64,000 nt of DNA from an uncultured delta proteobacterium (GTDB taxonomy: Bacteria > Myxococcota > Myxococcia > SLRQ01). Below the pieces are notes generated by a model. It was not told where the DNA came from, searched no databases, and saw nothing but the letters and a program-made list of their open reading frames with translations. Position 1 is the first letter of the stretch; each line of letters begins with the position of its first letter. Shown here one piece after another: positions 16,599 to 26,219 of the stretch. Location of the stretch: the NCBI GenBank assembly GCA_963727485.1, contig CAVSGM010000002.1, positions 480,001 to 544,000 on the forward strand. Direction: 5' to 3'. Position numbers and translations under genes: made by a program.

Positions 16599-18943
16599 CG
16601 CTTCCCTGGCGGCTTGCCCACCTTGTCGGGGAGCTCGAGGAACCGGTGCCCGGGCTTCCCGTAGAGGTAGCGGTAGGTGAAGTAGGTCCGCAGCACCCGC
16701 CGGGTGTACCGCCGGGTCTCGGCGATGGTGATGTGCTCCACGAAGGCGTCGAGGTCGAGGCCGGCGTAGCGCCGCGCCCAGTGCATCACCGTGCGCACCC
16801 CGGCGTTGTAGGCGGCGATGGTCAGGGCCACGTTGCCGGTGGTCTTGAGGAGCCGCGCCAGGTAGTGGGCCGAGAGCCGGAGGTTCACCGCCGGCCGCTG
16901 GAGGGCCTGGACGGTGATCTTCTGGCCCAGGCCGATCTGCCGGGCGAGATCCCGGGCGGTGGCGGGCATGAGCTGGGCCAGGCCCACCGCCCCGGCCCAG
17001 GAGACCACCTTGGGGTCGAGGGCGCTCTCCTCGCGGATGATGGCCTGCTGCAGGTCCGGGGGGATGTCGAAGCGCCGGGACCAGTGGTCGATCTGGGGCC
17101 GGAACGCCAGGGGGTAGGCGGCGCGCCAGAGGCCCCAGCCGTCCCCCTGGGGGTAGTGGCGGGCGAAGTCGGGGATCCGCAGGCGGACCAGGAGCTGGGC
17201 GGCCCGGGCGTCCCCGGCCCGGTCGAGGAGCCGGGCGAGGAGGCGCACCTCGTCCTTGCCGTGGGCGAGCCCCCGGGCCTGCCCCAGGACCTCGGCGGCG
17301 GCGTCGTCGAGGCCGAGGCGCAGGAGGTGGATGCCCCGGCGCAGGGCCCGGGCGTGGGCGAAGGCCGGGCGCACGGCGATGGTGAAGCCCGGCGGATCCA
17401 CCGGGCGGGCCGGGAGCGCCGCCTTCACCGCCTTGGCGCGCTTCGGGTCCAGGTCCTCGAGGCGCCCGAGGGCCAGGGCCGCCTGGTAGGAGAGGGGCGC
17501 GCCCTCGACCACCCGGGCGTAGAGGTCCGCGGCGGCGGCGCGCTGCTTGGGATCCCGGGCCAGGGTCCGGGCCTTCCAGTAGAGGGCCCGGGCGACGTCG
17601 AAGTCGGCGGTGCGGCCCTGCCCCTGGGTGACGACCGTGTCCAGCCACTTGAGGCCCCGGGCCGGGTGGCCATCCTCCCAGTCGAGCCAGAAGAGGCGCC
17701 AGAGGGCCTCCTGGGCGTAGTCCCCGTGGGGGTACGCCCGGACCTCCTGGGCCAGGACCTTCCGGGCCTGGTCCGGGCGGTGGGCCCGGAGGTGGAGGTC
17801 GGCGATGAAGAAGAGGGCGTCGTCCGCGTAGGGGTGGTGGGGGAAGTGGTCGACCAGGCGCCGGTAGATGGGGATCGCCGGGTCCTTGAGGAGGATCGAC
17901 GTCGCCGAGGCCCAGAGATAGAGGGTCTTCACCTCGAGCTTGGGGTCGTGGCGGCAGCGCTTGGCGACCTTGGAGAGGACGTCGATGGCGTCGCGGTAGT
18001 CGCGGGCCATGCGGCTCGCCTTCCCCAGGGCGAAGCGGAGGCGGCACCCGAGGTGGGTGCCGGCGCGGACCCGCCGGAGGAGCGGCGTCGCCCCGTCGAT
18101 GACCGCCTGGTTCCGGTGGGCGTCGAGGAGGCGCTCGAGGCGGCGGACCCGCTGGTGGAGGCTCAGGGGATGGTCGTGGGGGCCGGCGAGGGCCACCAGG
18201 CGCCTGCCGGCCGGGGCCGCGGCGTGGGCCGCCGGGTGGTGGAGGTAGAGGTCGAGCCAGATCCGGCGGGCCGCCTTCCGCTGTCCCCGGGCCTCGAGGA
18301 GGGTCGCCCGGAGGGCCTCGGCGTCGGGCTTCAGGGCCCCCGGGTAGCCCGCCGCCGGCCCCAGGCAGGAAAGCGCCCCCCGGGCCCGGGCGCGGGGGCT
18401 CGCCGGCTCGGGGGCGGCAAAGAGGGCCTGGGCCAGGGCCAGGCGGGCCTTCGGGGCCGCCTTGTGGCCGGCGGGGATCCGCTGGAGGAGGGGCTCGAGG
18501 CCGTGGGGATCCCGCCCGGCGGCGAGGCCCGCGTCGATGGCCTCGGCGGCGACCCAGGGGGCCGCGACCGGGTCGGCGTCCTCGGCCAGGGCGACCAGCG
18601 CCTTGGCGCCGGCGGCCTGGTTCCCCAGGGCCAGGTCGACCTCGGCCTCGAGGTGGCGGGCGGCCCACCGGGCCGGGCCCGGCTTCGGGAGGCCCGCCTG
18701 CTTCGCGGCGGCGAGGGCGGCCCGGATCGCGTCGACGTCGCCCTCGGGGAGGGCCTCGGCGAGGTGGGCCCAGGGCGTCCCGGCGACCCGGAGGGTGACC
18801 GCCGCGTCGGTGACGGTGACCCGCGGCGGCGGCGGAACCGGGGGCGGCGGATTGGGGATGGCGTCGGTGACCGGGGCCTTCGCCCCGGTCGCCCCGGCCC
18901 CGGCCCCGAAGGCCAGGACCAGGCAGGTGACGCCGACCCTCAT
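16595..18943 (-). CDS. slt: Soluble lytic murein transglycosylase (Slt70-like, TPR + SLT domain)
   Basis: Signal peptide, TPR-like helices, AIIREESAL, GAVGLAQLMPATA, AAYNAG, ETRRY. Confidence 0.9.
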   Translation of the reverse strand: MRVGVTCLVLAFGAGAGATGAKAPVTDAIPNPPPPVPPPPRVTVTDAAVTLRVAGTPWAHLAEALPEGDVDAIRAALAAAKQAGLPKPGPARWAARHLEAEVDLALGNQAAGAKALVALAEDADPVAAPWVAAEAIDAGLAAGRDPHGLEPLLQRIPAGHKAAPKARLALAQALFAAPEPASPRARARGALSCLGPAAGYPGALKPDAEALRATLLEARGQRKAARRIWLDLYLHHPAAHAAAPAGRRLVALAGPHDHPLSLHQRVRRLERLLDAHRNQAVIDGATPLLRRVRAGTHLGCRLRFALGKASRMARDYRDAIDVLSKVAKRCRHDPKLEVKTLYLWASATSILLKDPAIPIYRRLVDHFPHHPYADDALFFIADLHLRAHRPDQARKVLAQEVRAYPHGDYAQEALWRLFWLDWEDGHPARGLKWLDTVVTQGQGRTADFDVARALYWKARTLARDPKQRAAAADLYARVVEGAPLSYQAALALGRLEDLDPKRAKAVKAALPARPVDPPGFTIAVRPAFAHARALRRGIHLLRLGLDDAAAEVLGQARGLAHGKDEVRLLARLLDRAGDARAAQLLVRLRIPDFARHYPQGDGWGLWRAAYPLAFRPQIDHWSRRFDIPPDLQQAIIREESALDPKVVSWAGAVGLAQLMPATARDLARQIGLGQKITVQALQRPAVNLRLSAHYLARLLKTTGNVALTIAAYNAGVRTVMHWARRYAGLDLDAFVEHITIAETRRYTRRVLRTYFTYRYLYGKPGHRFLELPDKVGKPPGKR

Positions 18944-19057
18944 GGCGAGAAGCCCCCGTTGTCCTTCCATGACCTCGGCATTCCACCACAGCCCCGGTTC
19001 CCGGCGAAAGGCCCGACTCGCGCGCTTCGGCCGGCGTGCTACCTTCTCCAGCAGCCC

Positions 19058-21262
19058 ATGGACCTGCGTGCCCAGTCCGCGTTCCTCGCCGCCCTCGTCG
19101 CCGCGGTCCTCGCGGTCGCCGTGGCCCTGCGCGCCACCGAGCGCCGCCAGGCCCTGCTCTTCTCGCTCCTGGCGGGGAACCTCGCCCTCTTCCACCTCGC
19201 CGACTTCCTCGCCGCGGCGACCTCCCGGGAGCTGTTCACCCGGCTGATGCTCGCCGCCGGGGCCACCCTCCCCGCCACCGGCCACCGGTTCTTCCAGGCC
19301 TTCCTGGCGAGCCACGCGGTCTCCAGCGACCCCGGCGCCGGCAGCCGGGTCCTGTCCCGGCGCCTCACCCGCATCCTCTGGGGGGGCGCCGCCGCCGGCC
19401 TCGTCCTCGCCGTGACCCCCCTGGTGCGCCAGCCGGTGGTCCTGGGGGTGATGGTCGCCTACGTCATCGGCGCCTTCGCCCTGGTCTTCCACCACGTGTT
19501 CCAGCGCCGGGACACCACCCGCAGCCGCATCGAGCGGATGCGCCTGACCTACGTGGCGGTGGGCGGGATCATCGCCCTGGGCTTCGCCGTCCTCGGCTTC
19601 GTCCCCGGCCTCTCGGGCCTCTTCTCCGCGGTGGGCAACCTCGGGATCATCCTCTACCTCTACTTCCTCTCCCAGGCGATCCTCCGCCACCGCCTCCTCG
19701 ACCTCAACGAGCTGCTGGGCAAGATCGTCGTCCTCACCGGCCTGGCCCTGATCCTCACGGTGGTCTACGGGCTCATCCTCGCGGCGGTGGGCAACCGGCC
19801 GCCGCTGCTGCTGTTCAACCTCATCCTCGCCAGCGCCATCTTCCTCACCCTCTTCCCGCCGCTCCGGGGCCAGGCCGAGCGCCGGGTGATGGCCTGGCTC
19901 TTCGCCGAGCGCCACGAGCTCACCCAGGCCCTCGAGCGCCTGCGCCGGGAGCTGCCGGGCCTCATCGATCCGGGGACCTGCGCGGTGCGCATCCTCGATC
20001 GCCTCTACGACACCAACCGGGTCACCCACGCGAGCATGTACCTGCTCGCCGAGGACGGCACCGGCTACACCCTCCTCGCCGCCCGGGGCCCCGAGCCCCC
20101 GGCGTGGATCGACGCGGCGGCGCTGCGCGAGGTGGTCGAGTCCGCCGAGGGCGGGCAGAAGGCGGTGCTCCGCGAGACGGTGGAGCGCCGCCTCCAGGAG
20201 TCCCGGACCGCCCTCGAGGCCAAGGGCGCCGACGCCGGCCTCGAGGCCCCCGGCGGTCCCCCCGACGAGTCGCCCCACCTCGAGCGCCTCGAGGCGGCCC
20301 TGGAGCGGATGCACGCCGGGGTCACGGTGCCCCTGCTCTCGGGCACCCGGGTGGTGGGCCTCATCAACCTCCAGGACGAGCGGGTCTACGAGGCCTACTC
20401 CACCGAGGAGATCGCGGCGATCATCCTGGTCGCCGAGCTCGCCGCCACCGTGGTGGAGAACAGCCGGCTCTACCAGCAGATGAAGGAGCGCGACCGCCTC
20501 GCCGCCCTCGGCGAGATGTCCGCCGGCCTCGCCCACGAGATCCGCAATCCCCTCGGCGCCATCAAGGCCGCCGCCCAGTACCTCGAGCCCGAGAACCTCC
20601 CCGGCGACCAGGGCGAGTTCCTGGAGATCATCATCGAGGAGACCGACCGCCTCAACGGGGTGGTCAGCCAGTTCCTCGACTACGCGCGGCCCCTGAAGAC
20701 CGCGTTCGTGGCCAGCGACGTGGGCGACGTGGTGAGGAAGACGGTCCGCCTCCTCGAGCGCCGGGACATCCCCGAGGGCGTGGAGGTGACCCTCGACCTC
20801 GCCGACGGCCTCCCCCCGGTGGACGCCGATCCCGAGCAGCTGCGCCAGGTGCTCATCAACCTCACCCTCAACGCGGTGCAGGCCATGGAGGGCCAGGGCA
20901 CCCTCACCCTGCGCACCACCCTCGCCGCCGGCGCCGACGAGGCCGACGCCGAGGGGCCCCGCCGGGCCCGGGTGGAGATCCGGGTCCGCGACACCGGCCC
21001 GGGCATCTCCGAGGCGGTCCGCGAGAACCTCTTCATCCCCTTCTTCACCACCAAGGACCGGGGCACGGGCCTGGGGCTGCCCATCTGCCAGCGCATCGTC
21101 CGGAGCCACGGGGGCACCCTCGAGGTCCACAGCCGGCCGGGTCAGGGCGCCGAGTTCGTGGTCCGGCTCCCGGCGCGCCCCGCCCAGGCGACCGAGCCCA
21201 CCGCCGAGCCCGAGGCCGCCGCCGGGGGCGCCACCGTCGTGCCCTTCCGCCGCCGCGGCTGA
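19058..21262 (+). CDS. Membrane sensor histidine kinase (multi-TM, GAF-like, HisKA, HATPase)
   Basis: LAALGEMSAGLAHEIRNPL, QVLINLTLNAVQA, DTGPGI, PFFTTK..GTGLGL. Confidence 0.92.
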   Translation: MDLRAQSAFLAALVAAVLAVAVALRATERRQALLFSLLAGNLALFHLADFLAAATSRELFTRLMLAAGATLPATGHRFFQAFLASHAVSSDPGAGSRVLSRRLTRILWGGAAAGLVLAVTPLVRQPVVLGVMVAYVIGAFALVFHHVFQRRDTTRSRIERMRLTYVAVGGIIALGFAVLGFVPGLSGLFSAVGNLGIILYLYFLSQAILRHRLLDLNELLGKIVVLTGLALILTVVYGLILAAVGNRPPLLLFNLILASAIFLTLFPPLRGQAERRVMAWLFAERHELTQALERLRRELPGLIDPGTCAVRILDRLYDTNRVTHASMYLLAEDGTGYTLLAARGPEPPAWIDAAALREVVESAEGGQKAVLRETVERRLQESRTALEAKGADAGLEAPGGPPDESPHLERLEAALERMHAGVTVPLLSGTRVVGLINLQDERVYEAYSTEEIAAIILVAELAATVVENSRLYQQMKERDRLAALGEMSAGLAHEIRNPLGAIKAAAQYLEPENLPGDQGEFLEIIIEETDRLNGVVSQFLDYARPLKTAFVASDVGDVVRKTVRLLERRDIPEGVEVTLDLADGLPPVDADPEQLRQVLINLTLNAVQAMEGQGTLTLRTTLAAGADEADAEGPRRARVEIRVRDTGPGISEAVRENLFIPFFTTKDRGTGLGLPICQRIVRSHGGTLEVHSRPGQGAEFVVRLPARPAQATEPTAEPEAAAGGATVVPFRRRG

Positions 21263-21324
21263 CGCCCGCGCCTCCGGGCCCCGGGATTCCCTCGCGCACC
21301 GGTTCGGCGGTACAACCGGGTCAT

Positions 21325-22741
21325 ATGTCCCGGGTCCTGGTGGTCGACGACGAGGCGAACATCCGCAAGGTGCTCGCCGCCCTCCTCAAGCGCGAGGGGC
21401 ACGACGCGGTGCTCGCCTCCGACGGCGCCGAGGCCCTCTCGACCCTCGAGGCCGAGAGCTCGGACATCGACGTGGTGGTCACCGACCTCAAGATGCCCCG
21501 GGTCGACGGCCTCACCGTCCTCCGCGAGGTCACCCGCCGCTACCCCGAGATCCCGGTCATCATGATCACCGCCCACGGCACCGTCGACACCGCGGTGGAG
21601 GCGATGAAGGCCGGGGCCTTCGACCTGCTGCAGAAGCCCTTCGAGCAGGAGGACCTGCGCGATCCTCCTCGGCAAGGCGGTGCGCACCCGGCAGCTCGCC
21701 CGGGAGGACGTCCACGGCGAGCCCCTCGAGGGGTCCCTGGCGCTCCTCGCCGGCAACTCCCCGTCGATGCGCGAGGTGGTCGACGTGGTCAAGCGCGTCG
21801 CCGACACCCCCTCCACCGTCCTCATCACCGGTGAGAGCGGCACCGGCAAGGAGCTGGTCGCCTCCGCCCTCCACGAGAGCTCCAGCCGCCGGGACAAGCC
21901 GTTCATCAAGATCAACTGCGCCGCCATCCCCCGGGAGCTCATGGAGGCCGAGCTCTTCGGCTACGAGAAGGGCGCCTTCACCGGGGCGGTGGCCTCCAAG
22001 CCCGGGCGCTTCGAGCTCGCCGACGGCGGCAGCCTCTTCCTCGACGAGATCGGCGAGATCCCCCCGGAGATGCAGGTCAAGCTCCTCCGGGCGCTCCAGG
22101 AGTCCCAGTTCGAGCGGGTCGGCGGCATCAAGACCCTCCACGTGGACGTGCGCCTCATCGCCGCCACCAACCGCGACCTCACCAAGGAGATCGCCGAGGG
22201 CCGCTTTCGCGAGGACCTCTTCTACCGCCTCAACGTGGTGCCCATCGTCCTGCCCCCGCTCCGGGCGCGCAGCGGCGACATCCCGCGACTGGTGGAGCAC
22301 TTCGTCACCAAGTACAACGAGCGCCTCGGCCGCCAGGTGGTGGCGGTGGAGGACGACGCCCTCGAGCTCCTCCGGGCCTACCCCTGGCCCGGGAACATCC
22401 GCGAGCTGGAGAACGTCATCGAGCGCACCCTCCTGTTCATGGACGGCGACCGCATCGAGGCCCGGGACATCCCCGAGCCGGTCCGGCATCGCGAGGGCGG
22501 CGACCGGCCCCAGGCCGACGTGGCGCACCTGGTGGGCGCCCTCGAGGCCGGGGGCTCGGCGTCGATGAAGGACATCGTCAAGCACGCCGCCCAGGAGCTC
22601 GAGCGCGACCTCATCGTGAGGGCCCTCGAGGCCACCGCCGGGAACGTCACCCAGGCCGCCCGGCGCCTCAAGATCAGTCGCAAGAGCCTCCAGTTGAAGA
22701 TGAAGGACCTCGGCCTCCGGGAGCCCCCGACCGAGCCCTAG
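21325..22741 (+). CDS. Sigma54-dependent NtrC-family response regulator (frameshift near 21660)
   Basis: REC domain (VLVVDDE..TDLKMP..KPF) in one frame; [24 protein letters not shown] and Fis HTH in the next. Confidence 0.9.
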
Positions 22742-22787
22742 GCACCCTGGGGGACCGTCCCCTGCCGCCCGGGCCGGCACCGCTTTC

Positions 22788-22817
22788 TTGACGCGCGGGA
22801 TCCGTCGCTGCTATCAC
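22788..22817 (+). promoter_or_regulatory. Putative sigma70 promoter
   Basis: TTGACG-N18-TATCAC with extended -10 TG, upstream of SD GGGAGGG and ATG 22854. Confidence 0.35.
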
Positions 22818-22853
22818 CTCAAAATGACTAGGCTTTGGGAGGGAACCGGCCCG

Positions 22854-24206
22854 ATGATCCCCCGCCCCCCGATCGTCATCCTCGCAGCCCTCGCGGTCCT
22901 CGTGGCCGTCCCCGCGAAGCGCGCCCGCGCCGCGGAGATCACCGAGGTCGCCGACGCCGCCGATCCCGGCAACCCCTTCGACCTCCGCCTGGAGATCGGG
23001 TGGTCCCGGGACTTCGAGCAGGCGAAGATCACCCGGGAGAACCTGCAGGTCGACACGCGCACCGGCAAGTCGTCCATCGTCGACGTCACCGAGCTGCGCT
23101 ACCAGCAGGTCACCAGCACCCTGCTCCCCACCCTCCACGTCGGGCTCTACCACGACCTCGAGCTCCACGTGACCCTGCCCATCGTGCTCATGGACTACCA
23201 GACCTGGTGGCCCGCGGCGCTCTCGGGGCTCCCGGCGAACTCCACCATCCACAACGCCGGGGGCATCTGCGCCAACGGCACCGTGGACCCGAGCTGCGCC
23301 AAAGACCTCTTCCCCTTCACCAAGGGCAGCGGCAAGAACAACTCCTACCGCGGCGGCCTCGGCGACGGCACCCTGGGCTTCACCTGGGGCATCCTCAACC
23401 AGGACCGCGACAAGTGGGACCCGCGGTGGAACATCGGCGTCGACTGGACCTTCCCCTCCGGCGGGAAGCGCAGCCCCTACGACGTCTCCCACAGCGCCAG
23501 CGACCTCAAGCCGGTGGGCCACGAGAGCAACTACTTCACCTTCCACACCGAGCTCTCAAGGCGCCTGGGCGTCGTCGATCCCTACTTCAAGATGTGGTAC
23601 CGGCTGCCGGTCCCCACCCAGCGGGCGTTCAGCAACTGCGACTCGCCGGGCCGCCTGGCGGACATGGACACCACCCAGCCCGGCGTCCAGAACACCTGCA
23701 CCACCCAGAACAGCTACTGGGCCAAGAGCGGGAGCAACCACGCCGGCTACAAGCCCTCCCACACCGGCGGGGTCGACTTCGGCGCCGAGTTCGTCGCCTA
23801 CGACGACCCGGACGTCGACGTGAAGACCGCCATCGACGTGGGCTTCGGCGCCCAGTACGTCAGCGAGGGCCGGGTCTACTCCGAGCTCTCCGACGCCCTG
23901 GGCCGGCTCACCTACATCTCCGACTACGCCCACTTCTACGGGCACCTGGGGGTGCTGGTGAAGGCGTCGCAGTACGCCAAGTTCCACCTCACCGGCACCT
24001 TCGCCCACGACACGGCGCACATGCTCACCGACGAGAGCATCGGCAAGGACATGGACGGCTCCGGCCTCGTCGAGCTCTACAACAACAAGGTGAGCCCCGA
24101 GCGGAACCCCAACTACGACTTCCGCTGGGACCAGCCCGGGCGCCGCTTCCGCATCGAGGAGACCACCCACTTCACCCTGTGGATCTCCGGCGAGGTCGAC
24201 TTCTAG
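22854..24206 (+). CDS. Secreted, probable outer-membrane beta-barrel protein of unknown function
   Basis: Signal peptide (ARA-A), amphipathic beta-strands, C-terminal ...TLWISGEVDF (terminal Phe), strong GC3 codon bias. Confidence 0.65.
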   Translation: MIPRPPIVILAALAVLVAVPAKRARAAEITEVADAADPGNPFDLRLEIGWSRDFEQAKITRENLQVDTRTGKSSIVDVTELRYQQVTSTLLPTLHVGLYHDLELHVTLPIVLMDYQTWWPAALSGLPANSTIHNAGGICANGTVDPSCAKDLFPFTKGSGKNNSYRGGLGDGTLGFTWGILNQDRDKWDPRWNIGVDWTFPSGGKRSPYDVSHSASDLKPVGHESNYFTFHTELSRRLGVVDPYFKMWYRLPVPTQRAFSNCDSPGRLADMDTTQPGVQNTCTTQNSYWAKSGSNHAGYKPSHTGGVDFGAEFVAYDDPDVDVKTAIDVGFGAQYVSEGRVYSELSDALGRLTYISDYAHFYGHLGVLVKASQYAKFHLTGTFAHDTAHMLTDESIGKDMDGSGLVELYNNKVSPERNPNYDFRWDQPGRRFRIEETTHFTLWISGEVDF

Positions 24207-25072
24207 GGACGGGTGAGGGCCGCCTGGTAGAGGGCCCGGACCGGGTGGCCGGTCGCCTCGGCGACGGCCTTGCACGCGTCCTTGAGGCGCTCCCCCGCCG
24301 CCACCCGCTCGGCCACCTGGGCGACGGCGTCGGCGAGCGGCACCGCCTCCTCGGGCGCCCCCAGGCGCCCGGCGCCCTCGACCACCAGGGTGATCTCGCC
24401 CCGGGGGGCGTCGGCGTAGCGCTCGGCGAGCTCGGCGAGGGTGCCCCGGGCGACCTCCTCGTGGAGCTTGGTGAGCTCCCGACACACCGCCGCCCGGCGC
24501 CCGGGGCCAAGGGCCGCGGCGAGATCCGCCAGGGTCCCCGGGAGGCGCCCCGGGGCCTCGAGGAGGACCAGCGCCCCGGGCCAGGTGGCGGCGGCGGCGA
24601 GGAGGTCCCGGCGCCCCCGGCCCTTGCGCGGGAGGAAGCCGAGGAAGTGGAAGGTCGCCGTGTCGAGGCCGCTCACCGCCAGGGCGGCCAGCGCCGCGCT
24701 GGGGCCCGGGATGGGGATCACCCGGGCGCCCACCTCGAGGGCGGCGGCGACCACCTGGTGCCCCGGGTCGCTCACCGCGGGCATCCCGGCGTCGGTGACG
24801 AAGGCCACCTGTGCCCCCTCGGCGAGGTGGGCGGCGACCGGCTGGGCCCGGCGCGCCTCGTCGTGGGCGGGGACGGCGAGCAGCGGCTTGTGGATCTCGA
24901 AGTGGGTGAGGAGCTGCCGGGTCCGCCGGGTGTCCTCGCAGGCCACCGCGTCCACCGCGCGGAGCACCTCCAGGGCCCGCAGCGTGATGTCGCCGAGGTT
25001 CCCGATGGGCGTGGCCACGAGATAGAGGGTCCCCGGGCCGCCGGCCCCGCCCTGGCCCGGGTCCCGGCTCAC
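24203..25072 (-). CDS. rsmI: 16S rRNA C1402 2'-O-methyltransferase
   Basis: LYLVATPIGNLGDIT, CEDTR, DAGMPAVSDPG, RELTKLHEE. Confidence 0.95.
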   Translation of the reverse strand: MSRDPGQGGAGGPGTLYLVATPIGNLGDITLRALEVLRAVDAVACEDTRRTRQLLTHFEIHKPLLAVPAHDEARRAQPVAAHLAEGAQVAFVTDAGMPAVSDPGHQVVAAALEVGARVIPIPGPSAALAALAVSGLDTATFHFLGFLPRKGRGRRDLLAAAATWPGALVLLEAPGRLPGTLADLAAALGPGRRAAVCRELTKLHEEVARGTLAELAERYADAPRGEITLVVEGAGRLGAPEEAVPLADAVAQVAERVAAGERLKDACKAVAEATGHPVRALYQAALTRP

Positions 25073-25485
25073 TGTCCCGCCTCGAAGGCCCCGGGGAAGT
25101 GGACAATCTCCTGGGCGTCGCCCTCCCCCACCACCGCGACCACGTCGAAGCGGATGTCCCGGCCCAGGTCGCCGTGGCGGGCGAGCCAGTGGCGCGCCGC
25201 CAGGACCACCCGGCGGATCTTGGTGGGGGTCACCGTCTCCTCCGGGCGCCCGCGGTCGGTGTCCATGCGGCTGCGGACCTCCACGAAGGCGAGGACGGTC
25301 TCGCTGGTGGCCACCAGGTCGAGCTCGCCACCGCGGACGGTGAAGTTCCGGTCGACGATGGTGAAGCCCCGGCCCTCGAGCCAGCGGCCCACCGCGGCCT
25401 CGGCGGCGTCGCCCGCGGCCCGGCGCTGGCTCGGCGGGCGACCCCGGCCGCGCCAGGGGCCCCCCGGGGGTCCCGGTGGCGTCAC
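25069..25485 (-). CDS. yraN: YraN/UPF0102 nuclease-family protein
   Basis: GDAAE...GFTIVDRNF..GELDLVA..AFVEVRSR...RFDVVAV. Confidence 0.9.
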   Translation of the reverse strand: MTPPGPPGGPWRGRGRPPSQRRAAGDAAEAAVGRWLEGRGFTIVDRNFTVRGGELDLVATSETVLAFVEVRSRMDTDRGRPEETVTPTKIRRVVLAARHWLARHGDLGRDIRFDVVAVVGEGDAQEIVHFPGAFEAGQ

Positions 25486-26216
25486 TCGGGGGCCTCGCCT
25501 TGGGCCACGGGCACCGGCGCCTCGGGGACCACGCCCCGGAAGCTCCGCCGGTGGATCGGCGACGGCCCGAGGGCGTCGAGGGCGTCCCGGTGGACCTGGG
25601 AGAGGTAGCCCTTGTGGTCGCCGAAGCGGTAGCCCGGGTAGGTGTCGTCGTAGGCGACCATCAGGGCGTCCCGGTGGACCTTGGCGACCACCGAGGCGGC
25701 GGCGATGCACACCGCCCGGCTGTCGCCCTTCACCAGGGTCTTCTGGACCGCCCCGGCCACCGGCGTGGGCTTCAGGGCCTGGTTGCCGTCGACCAGGAGG
25801 CAGTCCGGGGGGCCGTCCAGGGTCGCCTCCAGGGCCGCCACCGCCTGGCGCATGGCCTCGAAGGTGGCCTGGAGGATGTTGATGGCGTCGATGCGCTCGG
25901 GGCCCACCTCGCCGAGGCCCACGGCGCCGCCGGCGCGGATCCGGTCGGCGAAGGCCTCCCGGCGCCCGGCGGAGAGCTTCTTGGAGTCGGTGAGGCCGTC
26001 GGCGGCGAGGGCCCGCTCCAGGTCCTCCGGGAGCCACACCGCCGCGGCGACCACCGGCCCGGCCACCGGGCCCCGGCCCACCTCGTCGATGCCCACGATG
26101 CGGAGGTGGCCCCGGGCCCGGGCCCAGCGCTCGCCGAAGCCCATCTCGAAGTCGGGATCGGCGAGCCCGAACCCGAGCTGCCGCGTCCCCCGCGTCCCTC
26201 GCCCCCGGCCGGCCAC
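25482..26216 (-). CDS. rnhB: Ribonuclease HII
   Basis: GIDEVGRGPVAGPV, DSKKLS, KGDS...IAAASVVAKV, HKGY, HRRSF. Confidence 0.95.
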   Translation of the reverse strand: MAGRGRGTRGTRQLGFGLADPDFEMGFGERWARARGHLRIVGIDEVGRGPVAGPVVAAAVWLPEDLERALAADGLTDSKKLSAGRREAFADRIRAGGAVGLGEVGPERIDAINILQATFEAMRQAVAALEATLDGPPDCLLVDGNQALKPTPVAGAVQKTLVKGDSRAVCIAAASVVAKVHRDALMVAYDDTYPGYRFGDHKGYLSQVHRDALDALGPSPIHRRSFRGVVPEAPVPVAQGEAPE

Positions 26217-26219
26217 GCC

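Noticed and set aside
22772..22790. Sigma54 promoter CCGGCAC-CGCTTTCTT upstream of the barrel gene
   Set aside because: The -24 GGCAC is present but the -12 TTGC is missing; a sigma70-like promoter fits better.
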